Assembly (NCBI GenBank): GCA_022646745.1
Contig: CP060262.1
Span: 2,610,001 to 2,642,000, forward strand
DNA length: 32,000 nucleotides
From: Planctomycetales bacterium
Lineage (GTDB): Bacteria; 4484-113; JAFGCY01
Direction of reading: 5' to 3'
Both the position numbers and the translations under genes were made by a program. The number at the start of each line of letters is the position of its first letter. Position 1 is the stretch's first letter. Of this stretch, positions 26,730 through 32,000 are shown one piece after another. The notes under the pieces were generated by a model. The model searched no databases and was not told the DNA's origin. It saw nothing but the letters and a program-made list of their open reading frames with translations.

Positions 26730-27257
26730 ATGACAGGCAGGAAGCGGCAAGCGGGCGTTGAACTGGATGCAGGTGAACTGCCAGTCGTAGGCTGGCGTGA
26801 ATGGGTGCGCCTGCCGGATCTGTGCCGCCCCTACATCAAGGCCAAGGTTGATACCGGAGCACGCACTTCTGCCCTGCATGCCCATGACTTGCGGATCTAC
26901 ACCGAAAATGGCGTGGAGATGGTGCGCTTCACCATCCATCCAAGGCAACGAAATGAGGAAAAGGCGATCACCATTTCGGCACCAGTGATAGATCACCGCC
27001 ATGTTCGCAGCAGCCACGGTAAAACCACATTCCGTCCGGTTATACTGACAACCCTTGAAATTCTGGGGCAGCGCCTGCCGATTGAGCTGACGCTTGTCGG
27101 TCGGCACAGCATGAAGTTCAGGATGTTGATCGGACGGCAGGCTTTGCGGGGCCGGTTCCTGGTCAACACAGGTGAATCCTACCTATCCGGTAGATTGCCT
27201 CGCCGGAGCCCTGCAGCAAGGGAACAAAGCATTACCACTATCGGGGAGGAATCCTGA
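26730..27257 (+). CDS. RimK-associated retropepsin-like aspartic endopeptidase (RimB/DUF785 type; formerly annotated as ATP-dependent zinc protease)
   Basis: [12 protein letters not shown] ... [15 protein letters not shown] (D-T-G motif) ... [16 protein letters not shown]. The stop overlaps the rimK start (TGATG). Confidence 0.8.
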   Translation: MTGRKRQAGVELDAGELPVVGWREWVRLPDLCRPYIKAKVDTGARTSALHAHDLRIYTENGVEMVRFTIHPRQRNEEKAITISAPVIDHRHVRSSHGKTTFRPVILTTLEILGQRLPIELTLVGRHSMKFRMLIGRQALRGRFLVNTGESYLSGRLPRRSPAAREQSITTIGEES

Positions 27258-28168
27258 TGAAAATTCTGATCCTGTCACGCAAGCCGTCGCTCTACTCGAC
27301 GCGCAGGCTGAAGGAAGCCGGTGAGGCCCGGGGACACGAGGTGCGCGTGGTTGATTACCTGCGCTGCTACATGGATATCACCTCGCATCGTCCCAAGGTG
27401 ATGTACCAGGGCCATCCGCTGACAGGAGATGCAGTGATTCCGCGAATCGGTGCGAGCTACACGTTCTACGGAACTGCGGTGGTGCGCCAGTTTGAAATGA
27501 TGAATACATTCAGCGTCAATGAAAGCCAGGCGATCTCACGTTCGCGTGACAAGCTGCGCAGCCTGCAGATCCTTGCCAGGGAAGGAATTGGCCTGCCGGT
27601 TACAGGTTTTGCACACAGCACGAAGGATGTCGATGGCCTGCTAAAGCTGGTCGGCGGAGCTCCGCTGGTTGTCAAGCTGATTGAGGGAACCCAGGGCATC
27701 GGTGTGGTGCTGGCTGAAACCAACCAGGCGGCCGGTTCCGTGATCGAGGCCTTCCGTGGCCTGAGTGCAAACATCCTCGTGCAGGAATTCATCAAGGAAG
27801 CGGGTGGCTCCGACATCCGTGCAATTGTGATCGGTGACAAGGTGGTCAGCGCGATGAAGCGTACTGCGCAGGCTGGTGAGTTTCGCTCAAACCTGCACCG
27901 CGGTGGCAGCGCCAGCAAGGTCAAGCTGACTCCAGAGGAAAGGATGACCGCCGTGCGCAGCGCAAAGAAGCTCGGTCTCGGCTTTGCCGGTGTGGACATG
28001 CTGCGCAGCAACCATGGCCCGGTCGTGATGGAAGTGAACAGCAGTCCCGGGCTGGAAGGCAGCGAGGGGGCCACCGGTATTGACATTGCCGGCAAGGTGA
28101 TCGAGCTGATCGAAAAGCGCCATGCGGATGCCACCATCCACAAGACGCGCAGCAATATCCGGCACTGA
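27257..28168 (+). CDS. rimK: ribosomal protein S6--L-glutamate ligase (ATP-grasp)
   Basis: MKILILSR ... [20 protein letters not shown] ... [19 protein letters not shown] ... [11 protein letters not shown] ... [24 protein letters not shown]. It is collinear with RimK over about 300 aa. Confidence 0.92.
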   Translation: MKILILSRKPSLYSTRRLKEAGEARGHEVRVVDYLRCYMDITSHRPKVMYQGHPLTGDAVIPRIGASYTFYGTAVVRQFEMMNTFSVNESQAISRSRDKLRSLQILAREGIGLPVTGFAHSTKDVDGLLKLVGGAPLVVKLIEGTQGIGVVLAETNQAAGSVIEAFRGLSANILVQEFIKEAGGSDIRAIVIGDKVVSAMKRTAQAGEFRSNLHRGGSASKVKLTPEERMTAVRSAKKLGLGFAGVDMLRSNHGPVVMEVNSSPGLEGSEGATGIDIAGKVIELIEKRHADATIHKTRSNIRH

Positions 28169-28230
28169 TTCACCCGATCCAACTACAGCTTATTGACTGA
28201 TCAGCAAAAGACTTTCGACGTCTCTGGCGC

Positions 28231-28236
28231 TATAAT
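28231..28236 (+). promoter_or_regulatory. perfect TATAAT -10 hexamer 12 nt upstream of the tRNA
   Basis: TATAAT at 28231-28236. The nearest good -35 (TTGACT at 28193) is 32 nt away, which is too far, so the -35 element is unresolved. Confidence 0.4.
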
Positions 28237-28248
28237 TAGCAGCCCTCA

Positions 28249-28335
28249 GGAGAGGTGACCGAGTGGTTTAAGGTGCTCGCCTGGAAAGCGGGTGTACGGT
28301 AATACGTACCGAGGGTTCGAATCCCTCCCTCTCCG
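28249..28335 (+). tRNA. tRNA-Ser (anticodon GGA), class II with a long variable arm; no encoded CCA
   Basis: Hand-folded. The acceptor stem is GGAGAGG/CCTCTCC with discriminator G. The anticodon stem is CTCGC/GCGGG with loop CTGGAAA. The variable arm is GTACG-GTAATA-CGTAC. The T arm is GAGGG-TTCGAAT-CCCTC. Confidence 0.9.
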
Positions 28336-28355
28336 TTTTGGATTTCCTCCGTCCC

Positions 28356-29036
28356 TCAGCCGCTGACCTTGATCCAGTACCACTCGTTTTCATGCATGCT
28401 GTGCAATGGCTCCATGCCCGCCGGCATTGGAAGCACTACCTTGTCCGCACTGATGTTCTTGAAGGCCCGGAACAGGGTGCCGATATCGCTTTCCTTGATG
28501 AAGTGATGTGGGATGCCGACTTCCAGGCCACTGCGCAGGACTACTGTCTGCTCATCAATGAAGTCAGCCTGGTGTTCAGCTGGAGCATTGCGGATGCCCG
28601 GCAGGCTGATGAGAGCGGTGCCGCTGATGGCCTTGATGCGCTTGATCTCGGCAATAGCCCGTTCCAGGTCGCGTTTCTTGCCGTGGTGGATCACGTCTAT
28701 TGCAAGGATCACGTGGAAGTAATTTCCACCGTAATTTAGCTTGCGGTAGTCCGCACTGAGGATATTGACCGTCTGCTCGAACCCCGCCAGGGTTTCACGG
28801 GACTGGACCAGAGCTTCATTGGACCAGTCGATGCCGGTGGCCCGCCAGCCGATCTCAGCCAGCTGCTTCAGGTGCCGTCCGTTTCCGCATCCGATATCCA
28901 GCGCGCGACGCGACTGCTGGGGCAGGTCCCCGATGTAGCTCAGTACCCGCGGATCAGGCGGCAGGCTGCGAAGAGCCTCATTGGCGTTGCGCCGGTCCCA
29001 GATTTCCTTTTGCTCGGGAACAGTAAGGTCTCTCAT
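28356..29036 (-). CDS. class I SAM-dependent methyltransferase
   Basis: 226 aa. Motif I is ALDIGCGNGRH, followed by a post-I acidic residue (GIDWS) and AIDVIHH. It starts 10 nt downstream of the rsmD stop on the same strand. The + strand ORF 28338..28739 is its shadow. Confidence 0.8.
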   Translation of the reverse strand: MRDLTVPEQKEIWDRRNANEALRSLPPDPRVLSYIGDLPQQSRRALDIGCGNGRHLKQLAEIGWRATGIDWSNEALVQSRETLAGFEQTVNILSADYRKLNYGGNYFHVILAIDVIHHGKKRDLERAIAEIKRIKAISGTALISLPGIRNAPAEHQADFIDEQTVVLRSGLEVGIPHHFIKESDIGTLFRAFKNISADKVVLPMPAGMEPLHSMHENEWYWIKVSG

Positions 29037-29046
29037 TTATGAGCCT

Positions 29047-29622
29047 TCAGCTTTCGCTGCCAGTCTTGGGCCTGAATACCCAGAGCGAGGCATTCCCGGC
29101 CTTTCGCCGTTCCAGCAGCTCAAGACCTGCATTTGACTCAGGAAGGGTATCCGGTGTTCGCATGATTATAAGCGCATCCGCTGACCAGATGTCCGGTGCC
29201 TGAGCCAGCCCCGGCAGCAGAGAGCGGGCCATGTCGGTGATGTAAGGCGGGTCGAGGAAACAGCACGAGACCTTCATACCTTCGGGCAGTTGCTTGGCTA
29301 CAACCCCCGTACACCTGCGTCCATCAACCTTCAGCACCCGTACCCGCTCCTCAATCCCGAAATCACGGGCCGAGGCGCGCAGGTCATCACAGGTGCGGCG
29401 GTCCACTTCAACACTGAACAACAGCGGTGCGCCTCGGGAAATGGCCTCAAGGCCGACGATCCCGCTGCCGGCGCAGATATCGAGGAAGGCCCCGGACTGC
29501 AGCCGATCAGGAGTGAACAGGTTCATTACCAGTTCACGGACGAATCCCGTGGCCGGCCGGGCCCGGCTGTTCTTCGCCAGCCTGATTTCCCGCCCCTTCA
29601 GTTCGCCGGAGGTGATCCGCAT
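29047..29622 (-). CDS. rsmD: 16S rRNA (guanine966-N2)-methyltransferase
   Basis: MRITSGELKGREI ... RPATGFVRELVMNLF ... FLDICAGSGIVGLEAISRGA ... FLDPPY. These are the RsmD family motifs. The ORF track's GTG at 29652 would add 10 aa and remains an alternative start. Confidence 0.85.
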   Translation of the reverse strand: MRITSGELKGREIRLAKNSRARPATGFVRELVMNLFTPDRLQSGAFLDICAGSGIVGLEAISRGAPLLFSVEVDRRTCDDLRASARDFGIEERVRVLKVDGRRCTGVVAKQLPEGMKVSCCFLDPPYITDMARSLLPGLAQAPDIWSADALIIMRTPDTLPESNAGLELLERRKAGNASLWVFRPKTGSES

Positions 29623-29672
29623 CCGGGGATTATAGTGCTGGCTCCCGGGCACTCTTTGTTTAACCCTTACTT

Positions 29673-29681
29673 TGCTATAAT
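29673..29681 (+). promoter_or_regulatory. candidate extended -10 promoter element (TGcTATAAT) for the SIR2-TPR gene
   Basis: TG-N-TATAAT lies in the 69-99 nt divergent spacer, 41 nt upstream of the ATG at 29722. Confidence 0.4.
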
Positions 29682-29721
29682 CTGAAGTCTCACCGTATTA
29701 CATTGCAAGGGGTAGTTTCCT

Positions 29722-32000
29722 ATGTCAATCCGTCGTCGCATCAAGGTGGAGCAGCGTGACCGCAAGGACGTGCTGAACGAGGCGATCATCTCCCAGGATG
29801 AGTTCCTCGAGAAGTTCTTCTCACGGCCCAGCAAGTTCCAGTTCTTCTTCGGTGCGGGCATGTCAGTCAGCGCGGGCATACCCCTGTCCAAGGACATCAT
29901 TGACGAGATCATCGTCAAGGTCTTCGAGAAGTCAAACCCGGCCAAGCGCGGCCAGTTGTCAGCGGACGAACTGTCCGACTGGGTCAGCCGCGAGAAGTGG
30001 TTCAACCCGAACTACGCCTACATCTCAGCGCTTGAAAAGGAATACCCCTCAGCCTACCTGCGCACTGACCTGTTCCGCCGCTACATGGAAGGCCGCTTCC
30101 CCAGCCCGGCGCAGCTCAACTTCGCCATTGGCGTCAAGGAAGGCAAGCTCAACAACCGTGTGTACACCACCAACTGGGACACGCTGACTGAGGATGCCTT
30201 CTACTGGCTGCGTGGCACCAACTGCACCACGATCAAGGGTCCCGACCAGCTTGTGGAAGTCAAGGACGAGGAGCACCGCTACGTCATCAAGATGCACGGT
30301 GACCTTGACCGCTACGATGTCCGATACCTGCGTGAGGGCATGGCCAAGCACAATGACGACCTACGTGACTTCCTCGTGAAGTCCATGAGCAATGTCGGCC
30401 TTGTGATCATGGGATACAGCGGCAGTGAGTACTCCGTGATGAACATGCTGATGGAAATCGTGCATGACCATCCGGACGTGCTGTCCGGCGGTCTCTACTG
30501 GGGCTACCAGGGCAACATGAAGCATGTGCCCGAGTCGATCACCGACCTGATGGCGATCGGACTGGACAAGGGCAAGGACTTCCGCATCTTCGAAACTGAC
30601 GACGCGGACTTCCTCTTCGAGAAGGTTGCCACCAAGCTCGGCTTCTCCAGCATCGAGAGCGAGCTGGACGTCGCCTTCTTCCGCTTCAACAAGATGACCT
30701 ACGGCGAGCTGCGTGAGCGTGAGGGCAGGGTGGTTGCCAACCTGACTGACCTCGTGCACCGTGACCTGCTTGACGAGGGCTTCCTTGTCCGCGACTACAA
30801 CCTGATCCACGAGGTCTGGAAGTCCGAGACCAGCGGCATGTTCAAGAAGAAGGAAGAGAAGGAACGTGCCGCCCGTGACGCGGAGCGCAAGCTGATCAAC
30901 CACTGCTTCAACGACCTCAAGCACCAGCAGTTCGCTGATGCGGAAGTGAAGCTGACCGACGTTGCCAAGCACTTCCCCGAGAACCCGCATGTCTACTGGG
31001 GTCTCGGCTGGGCCAACTACTGCATGGGCCGCTACCGCGAAGCGCTTGAGTTCTTCGACCGCTCGCTGGCTCTGGATCCCAAGAGCTGGGGCACCTACAT
31101 TGCGCGTGCGATGTGCCAGCACGACCTCGGCCAGTACGGCGAGGAGATGGCGAACTACGACAAGGTGCTCGAGCTGAAGGGCAACATTGACTACATCTGG
31201 TACAACCGCGGCCTTGCCGCCCACAAGCTCGGTGACCGCAATGCGGAGATCGAGTCCTACGAGAGCGCAGTCGCCGTCAATGGCGGTTACTACAAGGCCT
31301 GGTACAACCTCGGCCTGTGCTACTACGAGCAGGGCAACATCCTCACTTCGCTCAACTGCTTCAAGCGGGCTCGCGACATCAACGCCAAGTTCTTCAATGC
31401 GCGCTACAACTGCGGCATCCTGCTTGGCAAGATGGGCCAGGACGGCCAGTCGATCGCTGAGTTCGAGCACTGCATCGAGCTCAATGAAGACGATGACATG
31501 TCCTTCAAGCAGCGCGGCACGGCCGAGCTGATGATCTCCAAGTATGACAAGGCCCAGGAGAGCTTCGAGGAGTACACCCACACGCAGCCGGGCGATCCGG
31601 AGGCCTGGGCGAACCTCGGACTGTCATACTTCGGCACAGAGCATTACGACGAAGCGCTGGAGTATACGGACAAGTACCTTGACCGCTATCCCGAAGATGC
31701 GCGCATCTGGTACAACCGCGGCCTTGTGCTCGAGCAGCTCGGTGACCGTGAGAAGTCCATGCAGGCCTTTGACAAGTCCCTTGAGCTGAATAATGACAAC
31801 GACATGGTCTGGTACCGCAAGGCGCTGCTGCTTGGCAACATCGGCCAGTACGGCGGCCAGATCGAATTCCTCACGAAGTTCCTGAACCGCAACTCACAGG
31901 ACCTGCGAGGCTGGTTCGAACTCGGTGAGGCGAACCGCAAGCTCGGTGAGGCTGCCGAGTCCCGTGAGGAAGTGGTGCGCTACTACACCGCAGCTGTGCA
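29722..32000 (+). CDS. SIR2_2-like (sirtuin-fold NADase-type) domain fused to a long TPR array; 3'-truncated by the window
   Basis: This ORF is absent from the supplied track because it has no stop in the window. I translated it by hand: the ATG at 29722 is preceded by an in-frame TAG at 29713, and the frame is open for 759 codons with GC3-rich codons. The motifs are FFFGAGMSVSAGIP (29842 onward), VYTTNWDTL (30163 onward), KMHGDL (His codon at 30295) and LVIMGYSGSEY. From about 30988 there are at least 10 TPR-like units, for example YWGLGWANYCMGRYREALEFFDRSLALDP and AWYNLGLCYYEQGNILTSLNCFKRARDIN. Confidence 0.85.
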   Translation, partial: MSIRRRIKVEQRDRKDVLNEAIISQDEFLEKFFSRPSKFQFFFGAGMSVSAGIPLSKDIIDEIIVKVFEKSNPAKRGQLSADELSDWVSREKWFNPNYAYISALEKEYPSAYLRTDLFRRYMEGRFPSPAQLNFAIGVKEGKLNNRVYTTNWDTLTEDAFYWLRGTNCTTIKGPDQLVEVKDEEHRYVIKMHGDLDRYDVRYLREGMAKHNDDLRDFLVKSMSNVGLVIMGYSGSEYSVMNMLMEIVHDHPDVLSGGLYWGYQGNMKHVPESITDLMAIGLDKGKDFRIFETDDADFLFEKVATKLGFSSIESELDVAFFRFNKMTYGELREREGRVVANLTDLVHRDLLDEGFLVRDYNLIHEVWKSETSGMFKKKEEKERAARDAERKLINHCFNDLKHQQFADAEVKLTDVAKHFPENPHVYWGLGWANYCMGRYREALEFFDRSLALDPKSWGTYIARAMCQHDLGQYGEEMANYDKVLELKGNIDYIWYNRGLAAHKLGDRNAEIESYESAVAVNGGYYKAWYNLGLCYYEQGNILTSLNCFKRARDINAKFFNARYNCGILLGKMGQDGQSIAEFEHCIELNEDDDMSFKQRGTAELMISKYDKAQESFEEYTHTQPGDPEAWANLGLSYFGTEHYDEALEYTDKYLDRYPEDARIWYNRGLVLEQLGDREKSMQAFDKSLELNNDNDMVWYRKALLLGNIGQYGGQIEFLTKFLNRNSQDLRGWFELGEANRKLGEAAESREEVVRYYTAAV

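Noticed and set aside
28193-28198. TTGACT as the -35 element of the tRNA promoter
   Set aside because: It lies 32 nt upstream of the TATAAT box, far outside the 16-18 nt spacing expected for a sigma70-type promoter.
28249-28335. tRNA-Ser as the attachment site of an integrated element carrying the SIR2-TPR gene
   Set aside because: I saw no integrase and no second copy of the tRNA 3' end downstream. The intervening genes include housekeeping rsmD, and composition matches the host. This cannot be excluded without sequence beyond 32000.
28338-28739. 133-aa plus-strand ORF directly after the tRNA
   Set aside because: It is entirely overlapped by the minus-strand methyltransferase (motif I ALDIGCGNGRH). 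It has no motif or RBS of its own and would start 3 nt after the tRNA.
30361-31581. 406-aa minus-strand ORF, the longest listed ORF at the 3' end of the window
   Set aside because: It lies antisense to the unlisted + strand SIR2-TPR frame. That frame has recognisable motifs and host-like codon usage, while the minus-strand translation is repetitive L/V/A/E/D filler.

Overview
This is a GC-rich bacterial chromosomal segment, about 57-60% GC on the lines I hand-counted; the phylum cannot be assigned from sequence alone. I support 22 protein genes and one tRNA. I saw no rRNA, CRISPR array, transposase or integrase.

Both flanks look like housekeeping or ordinary accessory genes. The left flank has an HD-GYP protein, a helical hypothetical, acetyl-CoA synthetase, a membrane protein, an S9 peptidase and a cupin. 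The right flank has an SRPBCC protein, an RND efflux adaptor and pump, rimB-like plus rimK, tRNA-Ser(GGA), a SAM methyltransferase and rsmD.

The centre (about 8.1-21.5 kb) is a 13-kb cluster given over almost entirely to exported modular proteins:
- five predicted lipoproteins;
- one M6 (InhA-like) metalloprotease;
- one secreted type-B carboxylesterase on the opposite strand.

Within that cluster the main observations are:
- a small cohesin-like lipoprotein translationally coupled (TTGA overlap) to the M6 protease, followed by two tandem paralogous Fn3+IPT/TIG-array lipoproteins, one of which ends in a canonical dockerin. This is a candidate non-cellulosomal cohesin-dockerin surface assembly;
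- a conserved C-terminal tail (VILAAPNL.G..Q[IL]-stop) shared by the protease and one IPT lipoprotein. It looks like an orphan first strand of an IPT domain;
- an 842-aa lipoprotein gene whose GC content falls from about 55% to about 30% along the ORF, suggesting a mosaic or foreign C-terminal half. That half carries a periodic [DE][DE]W repeat.

At the 3' edge, next to the tRNA, an ORF missing from the supplied track (it runs off the window) encodes a SIR2_2-like domain fused to at least 10 TPR repeats. This is a candidate single-gene NADase sensor-effector (defence-like) protein.

All domain calls come from motif recognition by eye; no database search was possible.
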